A stretch of 64,000 nucleotides of DNA from Octopus sinensis (lineage: Eukaryota), in the NCBI RefSeq assembly GCF_006345805.1, contig NC_043017.1, positions 1,550,001 through 1,614,000 on the forward strand. The letters run 5' to 3'. This document shows positions 12,355-24,650 of this stretch, piece by piece; position 1 is the stretch's first letter, and the number at the start of each line of letters is the position of its first letter. Made by a program: the position numbers and the translations under genes. The notes under the pieces were generated by a model. It was not told where the DNA came from. It saw nothing but the letters and a program-made list of their open reading frames with translations, and did not search any database.

Positions 12355-12583
12355 TTTCTTTACTACCCACAAGGGACAAACACAGAAGGCACAAACAAGG
12401 ACAGACAAACGGATTAAGTCGATTATATCGACCCAGTGCGTAACTGGTACTTATTTAATCGACCCCGAAACGATGAAAGGCAAAGTCGACCTCGGCGGAA
12501 TTTGAACTCAGAACGTAGCGATAGACGAAATACCTCTAAGCATTTCGCCCGGCGTGCTAACGTTTCTGCCAGCTCACCGCCTT
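12355..12583 (-). mobile_element. SINE family A, full length
   Basis: Reverse complement aligns end to end with 8613-8840. Confidence 0.88.
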
Positions 12584-12722
12584 GCATATACACATATACA
12601 CACAAACACTTAAGTGTGTGTGCATGTGAGTGTATACATATGTATACGTACTATATACATACACGTATATATATATCTATATATATATATATCTATATAT
12701 ATATATATATATGCATACATAC

Positions 12723-12806
<84 letters not shown>

Positions 12807-13239
12807 GCATTGGTAGATGGAATATTTATTGTACAAACAAACAGACAGATAGGATGGGGGAAAAAAGACAACTCTGTGTCTCTCTGTAACACTCTTCATC
12901 TCCGACGAATATCCCGATATAGCAAGGATATTGTTATTTCTCCCCGTTGTCATCAAATGACTGGACAAAGGAAATTGCTCAACGATGCAAATCTGTAGAT
13001 GTTTGAAGAGAAATTGTATGTTGTGAGGCAGTAATGGCTGCCAGACGTGGTTACTGTGACAATGCGGTATCTAATAATCAGTCGTCCGCTTCAATGAATT
13101 CGTTTGTGAATGTGAATATGAAGACTAACACCTAAAAATGTTTTGCTAGAAAACATTATATATACATACATATTATATATATATATTATATATATATATA
13201 TCTTTTTTTCTTTGGAACGATTAAGTGAGAGAGACTTGT

Positions 13240-13740
13240 TTCTGTCAAAGATAGTGAGGGTGATAGTGATGTGCTGATGGTGGAGGCGATGGTAGTGATG
13301 CCGCGAAGAGGTGAGGCTCAAGCACTGATATGGGAAGATGAGGAAGAAGAAAATGGAAGGAAAGAAAGAAGGAAATGGTGATGCAGTAGTAGTAGTAGCA
13401 GCGGCAGCGGAGATGGTGGTGATGGCGGTGTTTGTGGTGGTGGTGTTGGTGTTGATGGTGGTAGTGGTGGTAGGAGGGGGAAGGGGAAGGGAAAAAAGAA
13501 AAGAAATAGAAGGAAGATGAAGAAAGAAGAGCAGTTGGATGAGAATATGGCTGAAGCAGAGGAGGAGAACGAGGTGGGGGAAGTAGTAAGAAGGATAAAT
13601 AAGAGGGGGAATCAAGAAGAAGAAGGAGGAGGAGGAGCAAGAGGAGGAGAAGAAGGAGAAGAAGGAGAAGAAGAAGAAGAAGAAGAAGAAGAAGAAGAAG
13701 AGAAGAAGAAGAAGCAGAAGAAGAAGGAGAAGAAGAATAT
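13240..13740. repeat. Purine-rich low-complexity tract with (GTG)n, (GGA)n and (GAA)n
   Basis: Direct reading. Source of spurious poly-E and poly-L ORFs. Confidence 0.9.
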
Positions 13741-14211
13741 TTGTAGTAGCTCAAAATACAACTTAATACATGTGTGTGTGTGTGTGTGGTTTGTTGTGGT
13801 GAAAAAAAAAGTTTTTCCTCAGAATATTTTGCATAAAAATTTTTAAAGAAATCTGGACAGCTTTCTTACAACTACAAATTACAATTGTTAATTATTGGAA
13901 GTTAACTATAGTGAGATGTACCTATATTGTTATCGTATAGAGTGGATGTTCAATACGAAGTTTTGAACACATCATCTTGTCCTTAGTATTCCATTACCTT
14001 AAATCTGAAGCCATTAAATCATGAAACGTTATTTTACAGGGTTCACTATTCCGACCGTCGCATTGGTGGGGGTATCACCTTCATAAACATAATTCCTCAT
14101 ACTGACCTACGTACGTATTTCAATCTGGCATTTTTTTTATGGATCTCAGCCTGATGAAATTCTAACGTTGAGATATAGTGGGACGCAATACTTGATTTAA
14201 TAACAAATGTA

Positions 14212-14272
<61 letters not shown>

Positions 14273-14288
14273 GCACATACAAATTACG

Positions 14289-14443
14289 TGCAAGATTGAC
14301 TGTGTGGGTGATAAGTTTGCTTCCCAACTACATGGCTCCATGTTCAGTCCCTCTGCATGGTACCTTGGGCAAGTGTTTTCTATTATAGCACTAGGACAAC
14401 CGCAGACCTCTACTAGAATTTGGTAAGCGGAAACTGCATCAGA
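14289..14443 (+). mobile_element. SINE family B 5' half, diverged
   Basis: GTTCAGTCCCTCTGCATGGTACCTTGGGCAAGTGTTTTCTATTATAGC...GCGGAAACTG, homologous to 32380. Confidence 0.75.
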
Positions 14444-14539
14444 AAATGACCGGAAAACATTTATGAAGTATTGTTTGATTCATACTCCTCGTGGGACTAT
14501 TTTGCCCCCATAAGGAAGGAACATGCAATACAATGGGGC

Positions 14540-14581
14540 CGTAGTTCATAGCACCCAGTCAACGCCGGGATGCATTGCTAG
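14540..14581 (+). mobile_element. Helitron-like 3' terminus
   Basis: Imperfect GC hairpin CCCAGTCAACGCCGGG, then CTAG (14578-14581) followed by T, the canonical hairpin-CTRR|T end. Confidence 0.6.
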
Positions 14582-14732
14582 TACATATATGTGTGTGTGT
14601 GTGTGTGGGTGTGTGTGTGCGTGTGTGTGTATGTATGTATGTATATATATGTGTATATATATAGTATATATATATATATATAGATAGATATACGTTATAT
14701 ATATATATATATATATCTATATATATATATAT

Positions 14733-14826
<94 letters not shown>

Positions 14827-15254
14827 GAGAATATGTACATGTGTGTACGCATATGAAACACTCTGAATGGTGACATTCAATTAATTGCATCCATCAACAG
14901 CAAGCGAGTGAATAAAATATATTTTTTCAGTGATGTCATCAGAACCATTAACATTAGTTTGAAGGGGTATAGTGAGAGTGAATCATGGCAGATGTGGTCG
15001 CAACAAAGGAAAGGTTGAGAATATGAATATTGTGGACTTCAACGAAAACTACTGAGGCAAAGAACCGACGACTGCAGTAACAAAGAAATAAATATCAAGA
15101 ACGATATCAACAATAACAATAGCCAGTAGAATAAAACTGTTTAGTCTACGATCTCTATTTCATTCGGGTAGATTCGTTGCGGGATTCCTGGCTTTCTTTG
15201 ATCTTTCACTCGTATATTTGTGTGTGGCGATGAATATGTATGTATATATATGTG

Positions 15255-15285
<31 letters not shown>

Positions 15286-15295
15286 TATAAATACA

Positions 15296-15359
<64 letters not shown>

Positions 15360-15432
15360 CCTATATATATTTATATATATATATATACATACTTACATAT
15401 ATAATATACATAGATATATTTATATGATATAT

Positions 15433-15552
<120 letters not shown>

Positions 15553-15582
15553 TAAAACTGTATATATATGTATGTATATTTG

Positions 15583-16537
15583 TAAGATGGGAAGTCAAAA
15601 ATTATCAGCAGTTTCGCCATAGCATATCTTTATTGAAGTGACACTGCCTGCTCCGCATGCGCGCTCATTTTTGCTACTACAGCGGTCACATAATCGAAAT
15701 ATCATTCTGATTGCTCAACCTTTCTTTTCTGGCTTGAGAGTGGAAGCGTGGCCGCTCCAAAAGCAATGTGCATCAAAGAAGAACAAAGATTAGTGATCCG
15801 AGTTCTTGGCGGCGAGTTATCATCGGGGAGGTAGCTCTTTCTCTGTAGATTAGTTATGGTTCTGTTTATCAAATGATATCCGAAAAAGTATGTGCAAGAT
15901 GGATGTTAAAAGAGCTTACTACTGAACACAATTGCAAATGCCTTGAGGTCCACCAACGTTTATTCGATCACGACAGTAATGAAAGCAAAGAATGTTTTAG
16001 CAGAGTCACATGACAGGAGAAATGGGCCCGTCATTCTATGGCAGAATCCAAACACAGATTATGGAACGGAATATCCCGGCTCGCACGCGGACGTGGGAAA
16101 GGTGATGATGAGCCCATTTGTGGCACTCAAAATAACCTATATTAAAAGACTAACAGGAAAAGAAGCTTGTTGGAGAAGAAAGTTTTGTTGTTGCATGACA
16201 ATGCACGTCCACACACGGTCGCCCAGACCGTTGAAACTTGGAACGCTCTGCCTACATCCCAGAATTCGTTCCTTCCGACTATCATATATTTGGTCACCAC
16301 AAAACATGGTTTACGAAATCGTCGGTTTCCTACGGATGAAGATGTGAATCACGCACGCATAAATGGTTGCACGACCAATAAAACCTTCTTTTGGAAAGAA
16401 TACGTGAACTGTGGCCCACTGGAGCAAGGTCATCGAAAAGGAACGAGACTATATAGAAAATGACGTACTTGTTTATTTCTACTTTTGTATAAATGCATTG
16501 AAAAACCAAGAGTGTATATAATTTTTGACACTCCCTC
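15583..16537 (+). mobile_element. Mariner transposon (irritans-like N-terminus), internally deleted and decayed
   Basis: Left TIR TAAGATGGGAAGTCAAAAATTAT and right TIR ATAATTTTTGACACTCCCTCG. Remnants KEEQRLVIR, LLHDNARPHT, YIPEFVPSDYHIF. Confidence 0.88.
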
Positions 16538-16571
16538 GGGATGTCTGTATATAATTTAATATAATTATATA

Positions 16572-16629
<58 letters not shown>

Positions 16630-16672
16630 CAGTGTACATTTAAAAAAATTATCTATGATTATAGATAATTAC

Positions 16673-16772
16673 NNNNNNNNNNNNNNNNNNNNNNNNNNNN
16701 NNNNNNNNNNNNNNNNNNNNNNNNNNNNNNNNNNNNNNNNNNNNNNNNNNNNNNNNNNNNNNNNNNNNNNNN
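16673..16772. other. Scaffold gap, exactly 100 N
   Basis: Direct reading. Confidence 1.
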
Positions 16773-17539
16773 ACAAAGATTAGTGATCCGAGAGTTCTTG
16801 GCGGCGAGTTATCATCGGGGAGGTAGCTCTTTCTCTGTAGATTAGTTATGGTTCTGTTTATCAAATGATATCCGAAAAAGTATGTGCAAGATGGATGTTA
16901 AAAGAGCTTACTACTGAACACAATTGCAAATGCCTTGAGGTCCACCAACGTTTATTCGATCACGACAGTAATGAAAGCAAAGAATGTTTTAGCAGAAGTC
17001 ACATGACAGGAGAAATGGGCCCGTCATTCTATGGCAGAATCCAAAACACAGATTATGGAACGGAAATATCCCGGCTCGCACGCGACGTGGGAAGGTGTGA
17101 TGATCCATTTGTGGCACTCAAAAGGAACCTATATTAAAAGACTAACAGGAAAAGAAGCTTGTTGGGAAGAAAAGTTTTTGTTTGTTGATGACAATGCACG
17201 TCCACACACGGTCGCCCAGACCGTTGATGAAACTTGGAACGCTCTGCCTACATCCCAGAATTCGTTCCTTCCGACTATCATATATTTGGTCCACTCAAAC
17301 ATGGTTTACGAAATCGTCGGTTTCCTACGGATGAAGATGTGAATCACGCACTGCATAAATGGTTGCACGACCAATTTAAAACCTTCTTTTTGGAAAGAAT
17401 ACGTGAACTTGTGGCCCACTGGAGCAAGGTCATCGAAAAGGAACGAGACTATATAGAAAATGACGTACTTGTTTATTTCCTACTTTTGTATAAATGCATT
17501 GAAAAACCAAGAGTGTATATAATTTTTGACACTCCCTCG
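16773..17539 (+). mobile_element. Second copy of the same mariner (probable assembly duplicate)
   Basis: Near identical to 15783-16537 including the downstream flank. Encodes DDNARPHT, PSDYHIFGPLKHGLRNRRF and ELVAHWSKVIEKERDYIE. Confidence 0.85.
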
Positions 17540-17571
17540 GATGTCTGTATATAATATAAGATATATTATAT

Positions 17572-17618
<47 letters not shown>

Positions 17619-17787
17619 CAGTGTACATTTTAAAAAATTATCTATGATTATAGATAATTACAATTCTTATAATTAATAATATCAGGGTATTAAAGATTTT
17701 AGAAATGTTTACTACCTGTGGCCTAGCGTGTGTTGTAGGAATTGTTTAATATTTATTTGTTTAGAATATATATATATATATATATAG

Positions 17788-17820
<33 letters not shown>

Positions 17821-18447
17821 GTATATATATATATACACATACATAAACACATACATGCATACACACATAGCAAGAATATTAATAATATTTAATGTAATCT
17901 TTGCGTATCCTGTGTATCACGTGATATACACGACACATTTCTGTGACTTCATGCATCATATGTTACGTGCATTTCCAATTCCATTTCCAACCAACAGAGC
18001 AACTAAGGACGTACGAACGGAAGCTTCATATTTCTCAGAAATATATATTAAAAAGTGTCTAACTCGAAATCTGAAAACAAACATGGGCGTTTCCGACAGC
18101 CTTATGAAAACGCTTTGGTCATGAAAAGGGTGAGCATATTTACTCATTTCTTTTACAAATAACTTAACGAACGTAAATATTTTTTCTATGATAGATTGCA
18201 TATTCAAGATCGATCAATGCATTAAAGCGTGACACAAACGGTAGGTGGTTAATATTGCTTTGATATGTAGAATACGTCAAATATAAACGATTGATAGTAA
18301 TCCTCCATTTTGATACGCGTATAGCTTATCTACCGTAACGCTTATGGGAGAACAGTTTGTAAGTATACTTTCGTAGTTTTTCTCTCTCTTGTAAAGAATA
18401 TCTTAGTTATCTAATGTAGCTACACGATAACAATTTCGCTTGCGCTA

Positions 18448-18612
18448 TCTTTACTCATTTACTCGCATTTACTGTGTTACACGTTTCATTTGCTTGCGGC
18501 TATGCTGGAGCATCGCATTCAGTCGAACAAATCGAAACCAGGACTTACTCTTCGTTTACCCTAGTACTTATTTTAGCCGTCTCTTTTCCCGAACGCAGAC
18601 ACACACACACAT

Positions 18613-18681
<69 letters not shown>

Positions 18682-18826
18682 TGACGGGATTCTTTCAGTT
18701 TCCGTCTACCAAATCCACTCACAAAGCTTTGGACAACTCGAGTCTATAGTAGAAGATACTTGCCCTTGTGAACCGAAACCATTTAGTTGGGAACCAGCTT
18801 CTTATCACACAAGCACGCTTGTGCCG
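18448..18826 (-). mobile_element. SINE family B, near full length with internal (CA)(TA)n
   Basis: Tail, microsatellite, then GACGGGATTCTTTCAGTTTCCGTCTACCAAATCCACTCACAAAGC and head remnant. Confidence 0.82.
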
Positions 18827-18977
18827 TAGGTATAGCGCTTGTTATGTTCTGTACGACCATCTCTGTTTACTAATGTACTTTAACATCACCTTTGTTCCTT
18901 TTTAAGTCAAGTGATCGTTAATACGAAAACTAGAAGGCTTTATCCAGAAGATATATATATATATATATAGATATAAT

Positions 18978-19014
<37 letters not shown>

Positions 19015-19058
19015 CATATATATATATATATTATATATATAACTATATATATATATAT

Positions 19059-19126
<68 letters not shown>

Positions 19127-19156
19127 CATATATGAATATATTGATATATTTTTATA

Positions 19157-19394
19157 TCTTTTACTTTTCTTTTAGTTGTGTTTAGTCATTTGATTGCGGC
19201 CATGCGGAGGCACCGCCTATAGTCGAACAAATCGACCCCAAGACATATTCTTTGTAAGCCCAGTACTTATCCATCGGGTCTGTTGCCGAACCGCAGAGTT
19301 ATGGGGAAGTGAACACACAAATCGGTTTTCGAATGATGGTAAGGGGACAAGCAAACAAACACACACACGCGCGCACACACACACACAGACACAC

Positions 19395-19425
<31 letters not shown>

Positions 19426-19471
19426 ATATTTATATATATTATATATATATACGACGGGCTTCTTTCAGTTT
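19157..19471 (-). mobile_element. SINE family B, 5'-truncated, with internal microsatellite
   Basis: TAGTCATTTGATTGCGGCCATGC ... (CA)n(TA)n ... GACGGGCTTCTTTCAGTTTC. Confidence 0.8.
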
Positions 19472-19544
19472 CAATCAATGTCTCTAAAAAAACAAAGAAA
19501 AGATATCACGGGATTACGCATTTTGACTCTCTGAGTCGTTTGGA

Positions 19545-19660
19545 GAAACGTGAAGTGAAAAGTTTTATCCAAGAACAGAACGCGTCGCCCGGATCAGTGA
19601 CTGAAACCGCAGTCTTACGTTCATGTGTCGAATACCCGAACCACTATGCCACATGCCTCC
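19545..19660 (-). mobile_element. SINE family D head
   Basis: GAAGTGAAAAGTTTTATCCAAGAACAGAACGCGTCGCCCGG...CCGAACCACTATGCCAC, homologous to 5320-5407. Confidence 0.65.
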
Positions 19661-19983
19661 ATAACATTATTCTTGCAACTATGAATATAAATCATCGCAG
19701 CTACTGTTGAACATTCAGATATAAAAAAATGATTTATTATTTCAGGAAATTTTCCATTATTATTATTAGAGTGGAATCAATAATACCAATAAAGAGACCT
19801 TATTAATTAAATAATAATAAAATTCGCTAACACTACACAAAAATTTTACTGTTCTATACAGCTTGAGATAATTTCTTATTCTCTATTTATTAATGTATGT
19901 ATATTGTTATTGCCGGTATCATGCGTTTATACAGCCATAATATTTCGTGTTTGCTTTTCTATTTCGTGTTTGTGTTATTCCTA

Positions 19984-20395
19984 AATGGCGGTTAGCTTTC
20001 GGGGTAGTTACGGCTTCGGGGCAACGAAGCTAGCTGCATTTCTTTTCTCTTATTTACATTTTGAGTTCGAATTCCATCAAGGTTAATTGCTAACAGTTCT
20101 GACAGTACGCCGCCTTAAAGCAAAGTGGAAACCGGCAGAATTTGAACTCAGAATGCAAAGACGGAGGAAACCCTAATAATAATAATAATAATAATAATGA
20201 TGATGATGATAATAATAATAACAATCCTTTCTCCGATAGGCACAATAAGTACCGCTGCGTAACTGGTAGTTGCTTCATTGACCATTAAAGAATGAAAAGC
20301 GAAATCGACCTGTACAGAAACTTGACTCAGAACGTAAAGACGGACGAAGTATATCGTACGCCGTGCCAACGTTGGTACCCACCCGCTGCCTTGAC
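19984..20395. mobile_element. Cluster of diverged SINE family A fragments in both orientations
   Basis: Plus-strand head with TTTGAGTTCGAATTCC, then minus-strand pieces (TGCTAAC...CGCCGCCTT; ATTTGAACTCAGAA; CTCAGAACGTAAAGACGGACGAA) around an (AAT)n tract. Confidence 0.6.
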
Positions 20396-20929
20396 AGCAG
20401 CAGCAACAAGAGCAGTATTACCGTCACCACTAACAATGACACAAAGCCTGCAATTCCATGTGATGGGGATAGACAACTATGTTGACCCCAGTACTCAAGT
20501 GTTGCTTAATTTCACAAGAACAACAACAATAACACTAATGAGTTGAAATTTAATATTAACGTCAGTAAGTGACATATAACTCTTGCATTTCCATAAATGA
20601 TTTACGAAACTTAGTAAAATATTTTCCTCGTACTCAATTCTTAAGAATCCTTAAATTCCCACGTGGTTAGTTTCTTTGCCCGTTTGGAAGTAGAAATCCT
20701 TCAGACCATAAGAAGATCTGGCACCAATAGGCACCAGGGCATACCACGAGATCTGAAAAAGTCATTGATTTATAATTTTCAGCTAATCTCAAGTCATAAT
20801 AATAATAATAATATTTTAGAAGATTTTGGACACAGGGGCAGAATTGGCTGTGTTTAAGAATGCTTCTTTGTAACCATATGGTCTTGGGTTTAAAGTCACT
20901 GCTTATAGCTGGTATTATTTTGGTCACGC

Positions 20930-21320
20930 GAGAGATGTTTCAGTCTGATCGCGTCATTTTGCTTTCTGGCTTTACAGTGTAAACATGGCCGATCCACTAT
21001 CGATATCGACCAAAGAAGAACAAAGAGCAGTGATCCGATTTCTCTGGAAAAGGGGTGTACGATCAACAGTGAAAGATACAGAGCTTTGCTGGCCAACGAA
21101 CTGAAGCTACCAATTCGCATCAAACGCCGAAGCCTTTTGGGGAAGAATGTTTTGTTGTTGCATGACAATACACGGTCACAAACGGGCGCTGAAACCGTTG
21201 AAACCTTTAACCAATTGGATTTTGAGGTACTGAAACACACTGCTTACATCCTAGATCACGCCCCTTCCGACTACCATATTTTCTACGGATGAAAATGTGA
21301 AAGAAGCGGTACATAAATGG
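20930..21320 (+). mobile_element. Internally deleted mariner related to 15583
   Basis: ATG at 20985 gives MADPLSISTKEEQRAVIRFLWKRGV, joined directly to TINSERYRALLANELK...KNVLLLHDNTR...DHAPSDYHIF. Confidence 0.85.
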
Positions 21321-21383
21321 CAGACAAAATACCGCTAAGCATTTCGCCCGGAGTGCTAACGTTTCTGCCAGCTCGCCACCTTT
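21320..21383 (-). mobile_element. SINE family A head
   Basis: ACCGCTAAGCATTTCGCCCGGAGTGCTAACGTTTCTGCCAGCTCGCCACC. Confidence 0.8.
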
Positions 21384-22132
21384 AACATAACATATTAAAA
21401 CCCATATATATACCCTTGGTTGCGTTTTCGCAACTCAAAACCTGCTCCTTCTTTGGGCATGAACTCACCGGGAAGCAACTGACTGAGCATACGAAATGTT
21501 CATTAGGCCGCTTACATCCCGTAGCTAACAGTTGCATGCTGTCCTTCTGTTCCGGATTGTGAAACCTTACCACAACGTTTAATCTAAATACAGTGAAATT
21601 GAAGACTTCATTTTGTTTTATGGGCATATATGGGTTCAGGCGGCGCTCCACAACGTGGATGCCGTCAAATGACAGAAACAAGTAAATGAATAAAAGAATA
21701 TATCGAATATATATATCTCAATAATAAACATTCAATTATGTTAGTTTGAGTTTCTTTATAATGAAGGTGTTGTAGCTTATATGCATTGTCTTGTAGTTGT
21801 TATGCTAGTTTAGTACTAGTTGTGAACAATTTCTGTAATTCTAGTAGTAGGGAAGTTGCTGTAGGTTAGATATCACCAAAGTCAGAGTGTAACAAAAGCA
21901 TGGAAACTCACTGTACAACATAGATAATGCGTATTCTACCCTCACCATATCTCTCTCCCTCACACCATCTCTGTCTGTCTCAGTCTCTATTTCCCTGTCT
22001 TCCTCACCTTGATATATGTATGTTTCTACGGATATATGCATACATATATACTTTATATATACATTTTTGAACTCAGAATGCATACATATATACTTTATAT
22101 ATACATATATACTTTACTAAATGCATGCAAGA

Positions 22133-22228
<96 letters not shown>
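22133..22228. repeat. (GATA)n array
   Basis: Direct reading. Similar arrays near 15473, 22350, 61690 and 63345. Confidence 0.95.
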
Positions 22229-22359
22229 TTAGTTAGTTAGATAGAATGTGAGAGAGAGATAGGTAGGTATAGAGATAGTTAAACAGGTATAGAGATAAAT
22301 ACATAACATACATACATACATGGATACATGCATATATGCATACATTGTTAAATAGATAG

Positions 22360-22411
<52 letters not shown>

Positions 22412-23027
22412 GATAGTAGGTAGATAGATAGATAGATAGATAGCTATACACAAGATATATTGTGTAGCATCATGTACTAGATACGGCATGTAATATAGGT
22501 GCATGTGACCTATATATTTAGAAATAGATTTATGTTTTCAAATAGTTGCTTTAATTATAACAATTTTTTTCTCCAAAATCCGATTAACTCAGACCTAACT
22601 GGTTCAGTTAATCGCCTTTTTAAATGAATTTTTCTAGTTGACAATTTTAAGTATCGAAATACACATACCCCCCCCCCCCCACACACACACATATTCAAAA
22701 TATATATGATTTTTTTTTCTTAATAATTATTGTGATTCGTGACTCTACCACTGCTGCCATAACAAATTCTGTGAGATTAACAACAACAATATATTTGAAA
22801 TAGAAAACTGATAAGACTCCTTTATCTACAGCATTATGAGATTCTCGTAGTGACATATAAATGGAAGGATTTTTTAAATTCGCAACACGTGAGCACCCAA
22901 CATACTATTGCGCATTAGAGAAGAATCGAAAACCAGCTACTGTTAACGTCCGTACTTTTGATTTGTCGATGAACATTGGAAAACATAGTTTAATTTGAAA
23001 CGGTACTCTGTATGTGTGTGTGTGTAT

Positions 23028-23061
<34 letters not shown>

Positions 23062-23078
23062 GTGTGTGTGTGTGTGTA

Positions 23079-23110
<32 letters not shown>

Positions 23111-23289
23111 CATGCATGTATATAAGAAGAGAGGTTATTAAAATGTCTTGGCAGATATACATAAAGCAATTCCTATTAAAATAGTTTGGTTAAATGTCCT
23201 GACAGTCAGGTACCAGTAAATGTAAATAGAATACAAATCCAAGGTAAACTCTCATGTATAAGAGGTAAATGCAACAATCCATTGGCAGA

Positions 23290-23725
23290 GTTTCCAGAAA
23301 TTCAACGTATTTAGCAACAAAAAATACGTACTTTCTCCCTTTTCAGAGCCCATACTGCACTGTAGCGAGTCAGTAATTTCATCAATGTGATATTTGGAGT
23401 AGCTTGTTCTGAGAGCTTGTTCTTGAGCGCTGCACAGTAATGCCTTAGTGGGGCCTTTTAAGTTTCCTTTATGCAGTCATTGCCAGGTCCCATTTCAATC
23501 AATCTCATCTTTATTCTTCAAGAACTGACTGTGCGTTTTCTCGTCCTGCCAAATTTTATTTATCTGCTCTCTCTGGTCTGCAGCCATTTAGCTTCGATTG
23601 GAGCACAAGCCGCGTTCTCCTCAAATACTCTTTCATCTTGTGTTCATTCATCTTATCTCTTTCAATGATATCCAGTTAATTATGTCCTTCCTCTCCGACT
23701 TCCTTTATAGTTTCGCCACTTTCGC
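23290..23725 (-). mobile_element. Dong/R4-clade non-LTR retrotransposon fragment (RT thumb to zinc knuckle), decayed
   Basis: Minus-strand frames give KEYLRRTRLVLQSKLNG and LHKGNLKGPTKALLCSAQEQALRTSYSKYHID...LQCSMGSEKGES, matching R4/Dong C-terminal motifs. Abuts (TAT)n at 23728-23893. Confidence 0.75.
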
Positions 23726-23767
<42 letters not shown>

Positions 23768-23805
23768 TATTATTATTTTATTATTATTATTACTATTACT
23801 ATTAC

Positions 23806-23843
<38 letters not shown>

Positions 23844-24251
23844 TATTATCATTATTATTATTGTTATTATTATTATGATTATTATTATTTTTATCATTGA
23901 TATTCATAACCACATATTTCGTATCTCTAGACTTATACATATACTTATAAATACCTAATCTATTGTCTCTCACATTTGTATCATTACTGTTCTTTCTTTA
24001 TTTAACAGTTAAGAAATATTTTAATTTTATTATCCTTCCTATTAATTTTCAGTTGTTCTACTGTTATTTCGTTTTTTGGATTTTTTTTAATATTAGGATT
24101 CCGAATATAATTAATTCTATCTTTATATCCAGCTTCAAATAATCATCGCTGTAGTTATTTTGCTTTTGTTTATATACATACACATAGCCCCTAAGCCTCC
24201 CTCGAAATGCGAGTTGATATATATTTAACGATGAAATTTATTATGTTCCTT

Positions 24252-24650
24252 GGATAATTAGAATTTTTAATTACTCATCTTTAGAATTCATTAGGCTTAT
24301 GATAAGATTGGCATAGCTCATTACTTAAATCAAGAGTAATATCAAGGATGTTAACCCTAGTAAACTCATTTTCTTCTGAGGTAAAAAGACCAAGACGTTT
24401 AATGAATTGAAATATATTTTTCTAGACCTTTCTCAATGAACCATATTAGATCGATATATATAGTAAAAAGAGCGTTGTGTCTATATAATCCAACTCTAAA
24501 TTCAGGCAATGTATCATTACTACAATTAAGAATATAAATACCAACTGAATTGGTTACTTGGGCCGATTGAATGGAGCCCATGGTAATATCGAAACAATCA
24601 GTTCTAGTCCAATACTTCCCATCGAATTCAATTATGGTTTTCCTAACCGC
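24252..24650 (-). mobile_element. Penelope-like element reverse transcriptase fragment, decayed
   Basis: AVRKTIIEFDGKYWTRTDCFDITMGSIQSAQVTNSVGIYIL...GLYRHNAL, then KRLGL...RVNILDITLDLSNELCQSYHKPNE. Matches the PLE pattern FDVxMGS, GLYRDD and VNFLDxTLDL...Y.KP. Confidence 0.8.

Noticed and set aside
13517-13846. 109-aa E/K-rich ORF
   Set aside because: Made of (GAA)n and (GGA)n and runs into (GT)n; no splice support.
17990-18365. Three donors (GTGAGC 18130, GTAGGT 18241, GTAAGT 18359) with possible upstream acceptors
   Set aside because: The implied exons do not join in an open frame; they could be non-coding but there is no further evidence.
22810-23010. Possible Tc1/maT-type 3' end (AATTTGAAACGGTACTCTGTA)
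   Set aside because: Protein similarity is too weak by eye and no partner TIR was found.
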